Assembly (NCBI GenBank): GCA_964365515.1
Contig: CAYIQK010000001.1
Location: 1-35,204, forward strand
Length of the DNA: 35,204 nucleotides
Direction of reading: 5' to 3'
Source: an uncultured Planctomycetales bacterium
GTDB taxonomy: Bacteria > Omnitrophota > Gorgyraeia > Zapsychrales > Zapsychraceae
In this document: positions 25,021-34,838 of the stretch, piece by piece
Layout: each line of letters opens with the position of its first letter
Position numbering within the stretch: the stretch's first letter is position 1
Notes under the pieces: generated by a model
Seen by the model: the letters and a program-made list of their open reading frames with translations, nothing else
Told to the model about the DNA's origin: nothing
Databases searched by the model: none
Translations under genes and position numbers: made by a program

Positions 25021-25064
25021 AATACAAAACCCCGTTCCGTGATCTTGACGAAAACGAAACGAGG
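25021..25064 (-). terminator. Intrinsic-terminator-like hairpin between the IDH-family gene and lipB
   Basis: The minus-strand RNA CCUCGUUUCGU-(13-nt loop)-ACGGAACGGGG forms an 11-bp stem by hand pairing, including 2 G-U pairs. It is followed by UUUUGUAUU and then the lipB AUG. The 3' arm contains the only Shine-Dalgarno-like GGGG for lipB. Confidence 0.35.
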
Positions 25065-25101
25065 TTCCATGGTTCGAATCAGAGCGGATACCAACGGCCG
25101 T

Positions 25102-26307
25102 TCATTTGAAATTATAGACTTCTGCCTCCCACCGGGATTTGAGCGCGGGGTTATCGATCCAGGATAAAACATATTTCGTATATTCCTCACCCGTAACGCC
25201 TGTATCGCGTCCGGTGATCGTTATTTTTTTCTCGAACTGGCCGCAGACCTCTAAAGCCATTTCTACCTTTGCGGCTTTTTCAGGATAGCCGATATGCCGC
25301 AAAAGCATCGCGCTCGCCCGGATCATGGAACAAGGATCCGCGTATTGCGCGCGGCCTTCCTTGACCATCCGCGGCGCACTGCCGTGGATGGCCTCAAACA
25401 TCGACCATCGATCTCCAATATTGGCGCTTCCAGCGGTGCCGACACCCCCCTGCAACTGGGCCGCCTCGTCGGTCAAGATGTCACCGTAAAGATTGGGCAT
25501 CACCATCACCTTGAAATCCTTGCGACGCGCAGGGTCAATGAGTTTGGCCGTCATGATGTCAATATACCATTCGTCACACTGGATCGCGGGATATTCCTTC
25601 GCGATGCGCTTGGCCGCGCGCGAAAACCGGCCGTCGGTTGTCTTGATCACGTTCGATTTGGTGATGACCGTTACGCGGTCGATGTGATTCTTCTTGGCGT
25701 ATTCAAACGCCATGCGGATGATGCGCTCAGACCCTTGTTCGGTCGCCACCGTAAAATCAACGCTCAAATCTTTGGAGACATCAAAACCCTTCGATCCCAA
25801 GACATAGGCCCCTTCGGTATTTTCGCGGAAGAAACACCAGTCAACGCCCTCGCGGGGGATCTTGACAGGACGCACATTGGCGAACAAGTCCAGCGCCCGG
25901 CGCATCGCCACATTCGCGCTTTCGATATTTGGCCACGGATCGCCCGCCTGTGGAGTTGTGGTCGGCCCTTTGAGAATCACGTGGCACGACTTGATCGCAC
26001 TCAACACATCATCGGGGATGGCCTGATTGTGTTTGACGCGGTTTTCGATCGTGAGGCCGGCAATATCCTTAAATGTGATCTTGCCCTTGGCAGTCTCGTC
26101 CTTCAAAACATACTCCAAGACATGTTGGGCGTGTTTGGATATGATCTCTCCGATGCCGTCGCCGGGACAGACTCCGATTGTGATCGGACGTAACGAGGCG
26201 TAGTCCACCCTTTCAACCCCTTTTTTCATCGCTTCGACGCGCTTGAGTTGTTCCTCAAGGACGGCGCCGAATTTTTGTTGAGCGGCTTCAATCAATTCCT
26301 TGGACAT
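25102..26307 (-). CDS. Isocitrate/isopropylmalate dehydrogenase family protein (most like NAD(P)-isocitrate dehydrogenase)
   Basis: Contains GDGIGEII, NLYGDILTDEAAQLQGGVGTAGSANIG and HGSAP. It has an additional N-terminal helix of about 35 aa. Substrate cannot be fixed by eye. Confidence 0.8.
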   Translation of the reverse strand: MSKELIEAAQQKFGAVLEEQLKRVEAMKKGVERVDYASLRPITIGVCPGDGIGEIISKHAQHVLEYVLKDETAKGKITFKDIAGLTIENRVKHNQAIPDDVLSAIKSCHVILKGPTTTPQAGDPWPNIESANVAMRRALDLFANVRPVKIPREGVDWCFFRENTEGAYVLGSKGFDVSKDLSVDFTVATEQGSERIIRMAFEYAKKNHIDRVTVITKSNVIKTTDGRFSRAAKRIAKEYPAIQCDEWYIDIMTAKLIDPARRKDFKVMVMPNLYGDILTDEAAQLQGGVGTAGSANIGDRWSMFEAIHGSAPRMVKEGRAQYADPCSMIRASAMLLRHIGYPEKAAKVEMALEVCGQFEKKITITGRDTGVTGEEYTKYVLSWIDNPALKSRWEAEVYNFK

Positions 26308-26322
26308 CTTGAGAAACCTCTT

Positions 26323-27393
26323 TCATCTTTTCTTTCCCTTCATATTCAGCAGCTGTCTGAATTCCTCGACATTTTTCACCTGCGTGACCGCATCCTCATA
26401 AGTGATGATCCCCTGCTCAAACAAATTCCTCAATGAAGAATCCATTGTGTACATCCCGTACTGCATGCCGGTCTGGATGGAAGTGGGGATCTGTTCAATA
26501 GCCTTTTCCCTGATGAGATTTCGCACTGCCGGAGTGGCGACCAACACTTCCGTCACTAAAACACGTCCATCCCCTTCGGCCCGAGGGAGCAGTCTCTGGC
26601 ACACAATCCCCTGAAGGCAGGCGGAGAGCTGAAGCCGCACCTGCTGCTGCTGATGGGCAGGAAAAACGTCGATGATACGCTCAATGGTCTGGGCGGCGTC
26701 GGGGGTGTGCAATGTGGCCAAAACGAGATGTCCAGTTTCAGCTGCAGTCAAAACGGTAGCGATCGTTTCTAAGTCCCGCATCTCTCCCACCACAATGACA
26801 TCCGGATCCTGGCGCAGACAGCGTTTCAGGGCCTCGGCGAAAGAATGGGTGTCGCTGTAGACCTCCCGCTGTTTGATCACGGCTTTTTTATTCCGATGCA
26901 CATACTCAATGGGGTCTTCAATGCAGATGATCATGCAGGATTGCTCTTTGTTGATCAGATCAATCATCGCGGCTAGCGTCGTCGTTTTGCCAGAGCCCGT
27001 CGGCCCTGTCACCAAAACCAAACCGTCGGGTCTGCGCGCCAAATCAATGAAGATCGGCGGCAGTCCCAAATCATCGATCGACGGCACGATGAGAGGAATG
27101 CGGCGGAAGGCCGCCTCAACGGATCCCCTTTGGATATGGACATTGACGCGGAACCGCTCCATCCCTTCTAAGGCGAGAGAAAAGTCGAGCTCCCTGTCCC
27201 GCTCAAATTTTTCTTTTTGGTCATCCGAAAGGATACCGTAAATGGCTTTCTTCAATTCTTCTTTGGTGAAAGGCTTGTACTCCGTGAAAATGAGTCTTCC
27301 GTCGATCCGAAGGACAGGCGGGGCACTCTCGGTTAAGTGCAGGTCGGATGCATTGTTTTTGATGCACAATTTGAGAAGTTCCTTAAGATCCAA
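26323..27393 (-). CDS. pilT: Type IV pilus retraction ATPase PilT
   Basis: Contains ASDLHLTESAPPVLRIDGRL, Walker A GPTGSGKTT, IVVGEMRD, the His box LATLHT and AVRNLIRE. Confidence 0.9.
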   Translation of the reverse strand: MDLKELLKLCIKNNASDLHLTESAPPVLRIDGRLIFTEYKPFTKEELKKAIYGILSDDQKEKFERDRELDFSLALEGMERFRVNVHIQRGSVEAAFRRIPLIVPSIDDLGLPPIFIDLARRPDGLVLVTGPTGSGKTTTLAAMIDLINKEQSCMIICIEDPIEYVHRNKKAVIKQREVYSDTHSFAEALKRCLRQDPDVIVVGEMRDLETIATVLTAAETGHLVLATLHTPDAAQTIERIIDVFPAHQQQQVRLQLSACLQGIVCQRLLPRAEGDGRVLVTEVLVATPAVRNLIREKAIEQIPTSIQTGMQYGMYTMDSSLRNLFEQGIITYEDAVTQVKNVEEFRQLLNMKGKKR

Positions 27394-28579
27394 TTTTCCC
27401 TCCTGTTTTTTTCATCCACTCGCCGATGCGCTTGACCCCTTCGCGGATCCTCTCTGCGGAGGTCGCGAAACTCAGACGCAGGAATCCCGGTGCCCCGAAG
27501 CTGTCGCCGGGGATAACCGCGACCTTGACTTCATCCAAGATCCGTTGAGCCATCTCGGCGGATGGCATGCCAAAGTGCGAGAAATCACAAAACAGATAAA
27601 AAGCCCCTTGCGGCTTGAGGTAACTGACGCCGGGGATTGCATCCAACGAAGAGATCATGATATCCCGGCGTTTCTTGAATTCATCCCGCATCGCCAAAAT
27701 TGTCTGCTCCGGTTCCCGAAGGGCCTGCAACGCGGCCGCCTGGCTGATGGATGCCGGATTCGAAGTCGTGTGATCCTGGAAGTTTTTCACGTAATCCATA
27801 ATCTCTTGCGGCCCTGCGGCATAGCCGATCCGCCAGCCCGTCATCGAATACGCCTTGGAGACACCATTGACCGTGATCGTCAAATTCCATATGTCTTGAC
27901 CGAGGGACGCGATCGAAGTGTATGGATCCGCATCATAAGTCAACTTTTCATAAATTTCATCGCTAAGGACAAAAACATGATGACGAACACAAATTTCGGC
28001 AATGGCCTGTAATTCTTCCCTGGAATAGATCATCCCCGTCGGATTGGAGGGCGAGTTTAAAATCAACAATTTTGTTTTTGGCGTGATAGATTGGGAAAGC
28101 CCAGAGGCGGTGACCTTGAAATCGGTCTTGGCGCTCGTTGGGATGAATTTCGAGGCGGCACCCGTGATCTTGACCATCTCGGGGTAGCTGACCCAGTAAG
28201 GAGAGGGAATGAGCACCTCGTCCCCTTCATCGGTCAAGACCTGGATCACATTGAAGATCGAATGCTTGGCGCCGCAGGAGGCGACAATCTGGGAAGGTTG
28301 GTAATCGAGGTCGTTATCTTTTTTAAACTTGGCGGCGATGGCCTTGCGCAGTTCAACGGTTCCCGTGCTCGGCGTATATTTGGTGAATCCGTTTTCAATG
28401 GCCTTGATCGCGGAGGCTTTGATCGAATCCGGGGTATCGAAATCCGGCTCGCCGGCCGCGAAATTGACAACATCTTGGCCCTGGGCCGCGAGCTCCTTGG
28501 CCCTCGCCGTGATCGCAAGGGTTGTCGAACCGACGATGTCTTTGATCCGGCTGTTGATCTTGATCGACAACGTCTCCAA
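27383..28579 (-). CDS. Class I PLP-dependent aminotransferase (aspartate aminotransferase-like)
   Basis: Contains NFAAGEPDFDTP and NSPSNPTG, with SKAYSMTGWRIGY carrying the PLP lysine. It uses a TTG start with AAGGGA upstream. Confidence 0.88.
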   Translation of the reverse strand: METLSIKINSRIKDIVGSTTLAITARAKELAAQGQDVVNFAAGEPDFDTPDSIKASAIKAIENGFTKYTPSTGTVELRKAIAAKFKKDNDLDYQPSQIVASCGAKHSIFNVIQVLTDEGDEVLIPSPYWVSYPEMVKITGAASKFIPTSAKTDFKVTASGLSQSITPKTKLLILNSPSNPTGMIYSREELQAIAEICVRHHVFVLSDEIYEKLTYDADPYTSIASLGQDIWNLTITVNGVSKAYSMTGWRIGYAAGPQEIMDYVKNFQDHTTSNPASISQAAALQALREPEQTILAMRDEFKKRRDIMISSLDAIPGVSYLKPQGAFYLFCDFSHFGMPSAEMAQRILDEVKVAVIPGDSFGAPGFLRLSFATSAERIREGVKRIGEWMKKTGGKIGS

Positions 28580-28622
28580 GATTCCCTTCTCTTTCTACGC
28601 CACAATCATTCAGCAGAGGATA

Positions 28623-29186
28623 TCACTTCTCGGATGATCTTTGATTGAACATCCTGCGGATACCGCCGAGCATTCCCTTTTTTCCTTGATCCTTGTGATG
28701 ATCTGTCGCGTCCTTAGGAAGCTGGTGCCTGATCGCGTCCTTACCTGGAATCATCTCCTTGGCAGGAATGACTTCCGCTTTTTCCTTCTTGACCGCCGCG
28801 CTCGATTTGGGTTTGGCTATGATCACTTCTTCTTTCTCGGTGAGCTCCAAAAAAACCAGATGGGCGTTGTCCCCTCTTCGTGTCCCCAGGTGGATAATCC
28901 GGGTATATCCGCCGACCCGATTTTTGAAACGCACAGAGGTTTTGGCAAACAGATCCCTCACCAACCCGTGGTCACACAAAATCGCAAACGCCCGGCGTTT
29001 ATCCGACAGGCTCCCTTTTTTACCCAATGTGATAAGTTTGTCCACCAGCTTACGGGCTTCCTTGGCCTTGGCCTCGGTGGTGCAGATCCGTTGTTTGATC
29101 AGCGTTGCCTTGGCGAGATCCCTGAGGGTAGCCTTGCGCAAACTCGAATTCCGGCTCAATTTGTTTCCTGCAATCCCGTGTCGCAT
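28623..29186 (-). CDS. rplQ: 50S ribosomal protein L17 with a C-terminal extension of about 70 aa
   Basis: Contains MRHGIAGNKLSRNSSLRKATLRDLAKATL...TTEAKAKEARKLVDKLITLGK...GGYTRI. The canonical fold ends near ...LVFLEL, and a Lys-rich tail follows. Confidence 0.93.
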   Translation of the reverse strand: MRHGIAGNKLSRNSSLRKATLRDLAKATLIKQRICTTEAKAKEARKLVDKLITLGKKGSLSDKRRAFAILCDHGLVRDLFAKTSVRFKNRVGGYTRIIHLGTRRGDNAHLVFLELTEKEEVIIAKPKSSAAVKKEKAEVIPAKEMIPGKDAIRHQLPKDATDHHKDQGKKGMLGGIRRMFNQRSSEK

Positions 29187-29187
29187 G

Positions 29188-30174
29188 TTATTCCTTTTTT
29201 CTCAATTTTTTCGTTTCGACCTTCATCCCTAAACTCAACCCCATGACCTTCAAAAGATCATTGATCTCCGTCAGAGATTTCTTCCCGAAGTTGCGGAAGG
29301 TCAAAAGCTCCGATTCAGTCTTTTTGACTAATTCAGCGATCGTCTTGATATTCGCGTCCTTCAGGCAGTTGGCGCTTCGCACCGACAATTCCAGTTCGGA
29401 GATCGGCAGACGCAGTTTCTCATAAAGAGCCTGCTCTTCGGCGGAAATCTCTTCCTCTTCCTCCTCTTCCTCGGGAAGCTGTCCATAACTGACAAACACA
29501 TCCAGGTGTCTTTGAAGGATATTCGCGCCGTAAAGGAGCGCTTCCTTGGGATTGATCCCGCCGTTGGTCCAGATCTCCAGGACGAGGCGGTCATAATCCG
29601 TACGCTGGCCGACACGCGTATTTTCGACATTGAAGTTCACGCGGACAATCGGCGTGAAAATGGAATCGATGGCGATGGTATCAACGACCTCTTTCTTGTT
29701 TTGGTCGGACGGCACATACCCCCGGCCGCGCGCGATCTCCATTTCCACATAAAAACGCGTGTCCCGCGTCAGCGTGGCGATGTGAAGATCAGGGTTGAGA
29801 ACTTCAATCGTCTCATCGCAGATGATATCCACGGCCTTCACTTCACCTTTTTTCTCCGCTTTGATGTAAACGGTTTTGGGAACTTTGGAATAAGACTTCA
29901 AAATCAATTTCTTAATGTTTAAGATGATCTCGGTGACGGACTCCAAAACCCCAGGGATGGTTGAAAATTCATGACGGACACCTTCCACCTTGACTGAGGT
30001 GACGGCACTTCCCTCGATGGAAGACAACAAAATCCGCCGCAGAGAATTCCCCAACGTCACACCGTAACCCTTTTCAAATGGTTCCGCGAGAAATTTCCCG
30101 TATGTGTCCGTACAACTTGATTCATCGCAATCGAGCCGTTTAGGCATCTGAAAATCTCGCCACTTAACTCCCAT
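29188..30174 (-). CDS. rpoA: DNA-directed RNA polymerase alpha subunit
   Basis: The N-terminal domain ([18 protein letters not shown]) is joined by an acidic E8 linker to the C-terminal domain ([23 protein letters not shown]). A strong Shine-Dalgarno (AAGGAGG) lies upstream. Confidence 0.96.
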   Translation of the reverse strand: MGVKWRDFQMPKRLDCDESSCTDTYGKFLAEPFEKGYGVTLGNSLRRILLSSIEGSAVTSVKVEGVRHEFSTIPGVLESVTEIILNIKKLILKSYSKVPKTVYIKAEKKGEVKAVDIICDETIEVLNPDLHIATLTRDTRFYVEMEIARGRGYVPSDQNKKEVVDTIAIDSIFTPIVRVNFNVENTRVGQRTDYDRLVLEIWTNGGINPKEALLYGANILQRHLDVFVSYGQLPEEEEEEEEISAEEQALYEKLRLPISELELSVRSANCLKDANIKTIAELVKKTESELLTFRNFGKKSLTEINDLLKVMGLSLGMKVETKKLRKKE

Positions 30175-30251
30175 GTTTCCCTCCTTGAATGAAACCTGCC
30201 ATTTCTGGGCGGCATTTCACTTCGACTATTGCTCCGATGACACCGTCACTT

Positions 30252-30881
30252 TTACCGCGAATAAAGCTCGACGATCAGCTGTTCATTGACGGGAAACGTG
30301 ATGTCTTCCCGCTCAGGCATCCTCTTGACCTTGGCCTTGTAATGGCTGTGGTCCGCTTCCAGCCAGCCGGGGACAGCCCTGTCTTTGGAATACTGGATGT
30401 TCTCGTCAATGTTTTTCCTGCCCTTCTTCTTGAACTGTATGCAGATTTCGTCATTCGTTTTGACCAGAAACGACGGGATGCTCACCCTGCGGTCATTGAC
30501 AAAGACATATCCATGATTCACAATCTGCCTAGCCTCCCGACGGGAGGTCGCAAATCCGATCTGATAGATCGCATTGTCCAATCGGCGTTCCAAAAATTGA
30601 AGAAGGGCCGTGCCGGTCACACCCTTCCTGCGAGAAGCCTCATTGAAGTAATTTCTAAACTGTTTTTCAAGAATACCATAAATCCTTTTGACTTTTTGCT
30701 TCTCGCGCATCTGCAATCCGTAGTTGGAGAGCTTCGTACGCCGCGCGTTTCCATGCTGTCCGGGAGCATAGGCCCGGCGTTCGACAGCACAGCGGTAGGT
30801 GGTGCATCTGGCCCCTTTGAGGAAAAGTTTTTCACCTTCCCGCCGGCACAACCGGCAACTTGACCCAACGTATTTTCCCAT
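30252..30881 (-). CDS. rpsD: 30S ribosomal protein S4
   Basis: Canonical start MGKYVGSSCRLCRREGEKLFLKG at ATG 30881. The 34-aa upstream extension in the track ORF overlaps rpsK and I do not accept it. Confidence 0.95.
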   Translation of the reverse strand: MGKYVGSSCRLCRREGEKLFLKGARCTTYRCAVERRAYAPGQHGNARRTKLSNYGLQMREKQKVKRIYGILEKQFRNYFNEASRRKGVTGTALLQFLERRLDNAIYQIGFATSRREARQIVNHGYVFVNDRRVSIPSFLVKTNDEICIQFKKKGRKNIDENIQYSKDRAVPGWLEADHSHYKAKVKRMPEREDITFPVNEQLIVELYSR

Positions 30882-30927
30882 AGACCGTATCCTTCCTAAG
30901 AATCCCCAGAATGGAAATGAAATCCCG

Positions 30928-31353
30928 TTAAACCCGCCGTTGCTTCCTCGCCCGGCAGCCGTTGTGAGGCAAAGGAGTGACATCTTTGATCGATGTCACC
31001 GCCAAACCATTGGCCTGCAAAGCCCGGATGGCCGACTCCCGGCCGGAACCCGGCCCATTGACCAACACCTCGACGGTTCTTAACCCCAGGTCTTTGGCTC
31101 TGCGGGCCGCATCCGTCGCCGCCACCTGAGCCGCAAAAGGCGTCGATTTTTTCGAACCGCTAAAACCGACAACCCCCGGAGTTGACCAGACCAAGACATT
31201 GCCCTGATGATCGGTGATTGTAACAACCGTATTATTGAATGTGGCCTTGATATGGGCGATTCCCGATGTGATGCCCTTCAAATTCTTTTTCTTGGCCTTT
31301 TCTTTCTGCCGTGTGGTTGGGGTGGCGGCTTTCACCGGTTCTTTATTGACCAT
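30928..31353 (-). CDS. rpsK: 30S ribosomal protein S11
   Basis: Contains [18 protein letters not shown]...[14 protein letters not shown]...VKGPGSGRE-like blocks and [13 protein letters not shown]. Confidence 0.95.
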   Translation of the reverse strand: MVNKEPVKAATPTTRQKEKAKKKNLKGITSGIAHIKATFNNTVVTITDHQGNVLVWSTPGVVGFSGSKKSTPFAAQVAATDAARRAKDLGLRTVEVLVNGPGSGRESAIRALQANGLAVTSIKDVTPLPHNGCRARKQRRV

Positions 31354-31375
31354 AGATCATATTCTCCTTAAACCC

Positions 31376-31750
31376 TCACTCCGTTTTACGGCCGCCGCCA
31401 ACGAGAGATTTTCTCCCTTTTCGCGTGCGGGCGTTGGTCTTGGTTCTTTGTCCGCGCACGGGCAAACCCTTGCGATGACGAAATCCCCTATAACTGCTGA
31501 TATCCGTAAGCCTCTTGATGTTCTGTCCTATTTCACGCCGGAGATCTCCTTCGACAATATAATTGGTCTGGATGATCGAGGTGAGCCTGGCGATCTCCTC
31601 ATCCGTAAGATCTTTGGCCCGCCGATTGCAGTCAATATTCGCCCGCTTCAAGACCTCCCGCGCCCGTGTCAGCCCAATGCCGTAGATATACGGCAGGGAA
31701 GCTTCGATCCTTTTCTCTTTTGGAACATCAACCCCCAAAATTCTTGGCAT
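31376..31750 (-). CDS. rpsM: 30S ribosomal protein S13
   Basis: Canonical start [26 protein letters not shown] at ATG 31750. The upstream extension in the track ORF runs through rpmJ. Confidence 0.95.
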   Translation of the reverse strand: MPRILGVDVPKEKRIEASLPYIYGIGLTRAREVLKRANIDCNRRAKDLTDEEIARLTSIIQTNYIVEGDLRREIGQNIKRLTDISSYRGFRHRKGLPVRGQRTKTNARTRKGRKSLVGGGRKTE

Positions 31751-31754
31751 AGTT

Positions 31755-31868
31755 TTACCCTTGTCTTTGTTTGTGTTTCGCGTTGGAACAAATGACCCGC
31801 ACGATTCCCCTGCGGCGGACAATCTTGCAATGACTGCAAATTCTCTTAACCGATGATTTTACTTTCAT
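31755..31868 (-). CDS. rpmJ: 50S ribosomal protein L36
   Basis: Absent from the ORF track at 37 aa. The minus strand encodes [37 protein letters not shown], with the zinc-ribbon C-x2-C...C...H pattern. It sits in the conserved infA-rpmJ-rpsM position. Confidence 0.9.
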   Translation of the reverse strand: MKVKSSVKRICSHCKIVRRRGIVRVICSNAKHKQRQG

Positions 31869-31869
31869 T

Positions 31870-32088
31870 TCATTTGCACCTGAATGTTATTCTTCCCCGT
31901 GTCAAATCGTAGGGGGAAAGTTCCAGTTTGACCGTATCCCCCGGCAGGATACGGATAAAATTCTTTCTGATCTTCCCTGAGATATGAGCCAAAACCTTGT
32001 GGCCGTTCTCCAGTTCAACACGAAACATCGCATTGGGCAACGCCTCTTTCACGACTCCGTCGACTTCAATGAGTTCTTCTTTAGCCAT
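31870..32088 (-). CDS. infA: Translation initiation factor IF-1
   Basis: 72 aa. [70 protein letters not shown] is a near-consensus IF-1 sequence. Confidence 0.96.
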   Translation of the reverse strand: MAKEELIEVDGVVKEALPNAMFRVELENGHKVLAHISGKIRKNFIRILPGDTVKLELSPYDLTRGRITFRCK

Positions 32089-32851
32089 ATTCCTCTGTCA
32101 GAATCTCTGGACCACCGACGGCGATAGCGATGGTATGCTCAAAATGGGCTGATGGCTTCCCGTCCGCGGTCCGCACCGTCCATCCATCACTCGAAATTTT
32201 CGTCTGCCACGTCCCCAGGTTGACCATGGGTTCGATGGCGAAAACCATTCCTTCCTTCAGAAGAGGCCCCGTATGCGGCGGACCGAAGTTCGGGATCTCA
32301 GGATCCTCGTGAAGATTCTTACCGATCCCGTGCCCGACAAAATCCCTCACAACCGAGAGATCATGAGATTCCACGAATTCCTGAATGGCATGCGAAATAT
32401 CCGAGACGTGATTGTTCACCCGTGCCTCTTTGATTCCCTCATACAACGATTGATACGTCACCTCCAACAGATGCCGCAATGCCTTGCCGACCTCACCCAT
32501 GCCGACCGTCACCGCCGTATCGGAGTAATAATCCCGGTAGATAATTCCGACATCAATGCTGACGATATCACCGTCACACAGCAGTCTCGAACCCGGAATC
32601 CCGTGGACGACCTCATCGTTAACGGAGACGCACACACATCCCGGGAATCCACGGTATCCTTTGAAGGCGGGTACAACGCCCTTGCGTTTCATGAGATCTT
32701 CCGCCTTCCCATCGATCTCTTGAGTCGTGATGCCGGATTTTAAAGAACGCTTCAAATCTTGGATGATCTCAGATAAAATCTTCCCAGCATCCCGAAGGAT
32801 CTGCAGCTCTTGGGAGGTCTTAATGCTGATAGAGCTTGTTGTCTTCATCAA
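32081..32851 (-). CDS. map: Type I methionine aminopeptidase
   Basis: Contains [32 protein letters not shown] and FEHT, which are the metal-ligand blocks. The start region overlaps the end of adk by about 30 nt. Confidence 0.93.
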   Translation of the reverse strand: MMKTTSSISIKTSQELQILRDAGKILSEIIQDLKRSLKSGITTQEIDGKAEDLMKRKGVVPAFKGYRGFPGCVCVSVNDEVVHGIPGSRLLCDGDIVSIDVGIIYRDYYSDTAVTVGMGEVGKALRHLLEVTYQSLYEGIKEARVNNHVSDISHAIQEFVESHDLSVVRDFVGHGIGKNLHEDPEIPNFGPPHTGPLLKEGMVFAIEPMVNLGTWQTKISSDGWTVRTADGKPSAHFEHTIAIAVGGPEILTEEYG

Positions 32852-33488
32852 ACATCCGCATCAAAATTTCCTGGACCTCTCGCGAATCCTTATCAGCATC
32901 CACCTTCTTCAATTTGGCCTGCCGCTTATAGTGAGCAACAATCGGTGTCATGTTTTTGAGATACACATCCATACGCGTCTTGATCGTCTCTTCGTTGTCA
33001 TCTGCCCGCTGATAGAGCGTCCCTCCGCAAGCATCACAGATACCTGCCTTCTTCGGCAGTTTGTTGCGCATATGAAAAAGAGCCCCGCAGCTACGACACA
33101 CCCGCCGGCCCGTCAGACGCTGGATAATGACAGGCAACGTTGATTCCAAATAAAGCGCGTAATCCAATGGCTTTCCAATGTGATTCAAAATACGGTCGAG
33201 ATCTTCGGCCTGTTTCCTCGTCCTTGGAAACCCATCCAGCATATACCCTTGGTCACTCGGAAAGTCGTCGCTCAGTTTCTGTTCAATCAGCTTGGTGACC
33301 ACCTCATCAGGAACAAGTTCGCCGTTGTCGATGTATTTTTGGGCTTGCTTGCCGAGTTTTGTATTGTTCTTTATTTCTTCCCGGAGGATATCCCCTGTCG
33401 AAATATGGACAACCCCCAAGCTTGCCTTCAATAGAGCCGCCAACGTCCCTTTACCGGCACCGGGAGGTCCCAACAAAACCAGCCTCAT
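32820..33488 (-). CDS. adk: Adenylate kinase with a Cys4 zinc lid
   Basis: Contains MRLVLLGPPGAGKGT and the lid CRSCGALFH...CDACGG. Confidence 0.95.
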   Translation of the reverse strand: MRLVLLGPPGAGKGTLAALLKASLGVVHISTGDILREEIKNNTKLGKQAQKYIDNGELVPDEVVTKLIEQKLSDDFPSDQGYMLDGFPRTRKQAEDLDRILNHIGKPLDYALYLESTLPVIIQRLTGRRVCRSCGALFHMRNKLPKKAGICDACGGTLYQRADDNEETIKTRMDVYLKNMTPIVAHYKRQAKLKKVDADKDSREVQEILMRMFDEDNKLYQH

Positions 33489-34837
33489 CGCCGCCCCCTG
33501 ATCTGACCGGATCGCATAAAACCGTCGTAATGGCGCGTCAGAAGATGTGATTCAATCTGCTTCATCGTATCGAGCATAACCCCGACGGTGATAAGAACTC
33601 CGGTTCCCCCAAAAAAAGAGGCGACCAAATACGGCACCTTGAACGAAGCCATGATGGCATCAGGCATAATCGCAATCGCGCAAATGAAAAACGCTCCCGC
33701 CAAGGTGATGCGCGTGATCACAAAATCAAGATAATCCGAGGTCTGCGTGCCGGGCCTCACGCCGGGAATGAACCCACCATGTTTTTTCATGTTCTCGGCA
33801 ACATCCACAGGATTGAAAACAATAGCCGTATAAAAATAGCAAAAAAAGACGATCAGCAATCCATAAATCGTATAATACCAAAGGTTACCCCTCGAAAAAA
33901 TGCCAGCCAAGGATTGAAATCCGGGGTGAGGGATGAAACTCGCCAGCGTGGCCGGAAACAAAATGAGCGACTGCGCAAAAATGATGGCGATGACACCGGA
34001 GGTGTCCACTTTCAACGGGATGTAGGTATTCTGCCCGCCATAAACCCTTCGCCCAACGATGCGCCGTGCGTACTGGACGGGGATCTTCCTCTGGGCCTGG
34101 GTGATCAGGGTGATGGAAACAATTACAAAGATCAAAAACCCAACCATGATGAGTAACATCAACGGCTGCAATTGGCCGGCCTGGCCTGCCTGCGGCGACA
34201 TCAGGCGCACCAACATCTGGATGGCCGCCGGGGCCGAAGAAATGATGCCCGAAGTAATGATGAGCGAAATGCCGTTACCGATTCCTCTTTCCTGGATCTG
34301 TTCCCCCAGCCACATCAGAAGCAGTGTCCCGCTTGATAATGTGAGTACCGTCAACAAGCGGAATCCCCAGCCGGGGTTATTGACTACCTGCAAACCCTGA
34401 AACACACTGCCGGATTTGTCTTCAAGCCAAAGAGCGATAAAAAACGACTGAACAAGCGATAAAATCAGAGTGCCATAACGCGTGTATTGATTGATCTTGT
34501 GGTATCCCGCCTGCCCTTCCTTGGCCAACCGTTCCAAAGCCGGGATGACGGCCGTCAAAAGCTGCATGATGATCGAACTCGAGATGTAGGGCATAATCCC
34601 CAAGGCAAAAACAGTCGCCTTCTCAAGCGCCCCGCCGGAAAACATATTCATGATCCCGAATATGCTTCCGCTACCCGTCGAACTGATGCGCCGGAAGAAT
34701 TCGGCTAAAACGGCCCCATTGATCCCGGGAATAGGGAGATAACATCCGATCCGATACGCCGCAATGATCGCTAAAGTGAAAACGATCTTCTTTTTAAGAT
34801 CCGGTATTTTGAAACAATTGACAAAGGAAGCCAGCAT
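33485..34837 (-). CDS. secY: Preprotein translocase subunit SecY
   Basis: 450-aa polytopic protein. Contains LGIMPYISSSIIMQLL and GISLIITSGI, and sits in the conserved rplO-secY-adk position. Confidence 0.96.
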   Translation of the reverse strand: MLASFVNCFKIPDLKKKIVFTLAIIAAYRIGCYLPIPGINGAVLAEFFRRISSTGSGSIFGIMNMFSGGALEKATVFALGIMPYISSSIIMQLLTAVIPALERLAKEGQAGYHKINQYTRYGTLILSLVQSFFIALWLEDKSGSVFQGLQVVNNPGWGFRLLTVLTLSSGTLLLMWLGEQIQERGIGNGISLIITSGIISSAPAAIQMLVRLMSPQAGQAGQLQPLMLLIMVGFLIFVIVSITLITQAQRKIPVQYARRIVGRRVYGGQNTYIPLKVDTSGVIAIIFAQSLILFPATLASFIPHPGFQSLAGIFSRGNLWYYTIYGLLIVFFCYFYTAIVFNPVDVAENMKKHGGFIPGVRPGTQTSDYLDFVITRITLAGAFFICAIAIMPDAIMASFKVPYLVASFFGGTGVLITVGVMLDTMKQIESHLLTRHYDGFMRSGQIRGRR

Positions 34838-34838
34838 G

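Noticed and set aside
25071-25080. GGTTCGAATC, a tRNA T-arm-like motif in the IDH-lipB spacer
   Set aside because: The flanking bases cannot form a T stem (CATGG versus CAGAG). No acceptor, D or anticodon arms can be drawn. It is probably chance or at most a decayed remnant.
29449-29472. Run of eight Glu codons (ctc/ttc repeats on the plus strand) in rpoA
   Set aside because: It sits exactly in the flexible linker between the alpha N-terminal and C-terminal domains, where length and composition are free to vary. It is in frame, so there is no sign of slippage damage.
30190-30225. Small bulged hairpin (GAAAUGCC...GGCAGGUUUC) between rpsD and rpoA
   Set aside because: It consists of two 4-bp segments interrupted by a bulge, and no U-tract follows. 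It lies just upstream of the strong rpoA Shine-Dalgarno. It may be a minor processing or structure element, but the evidence is insufficient to call it.
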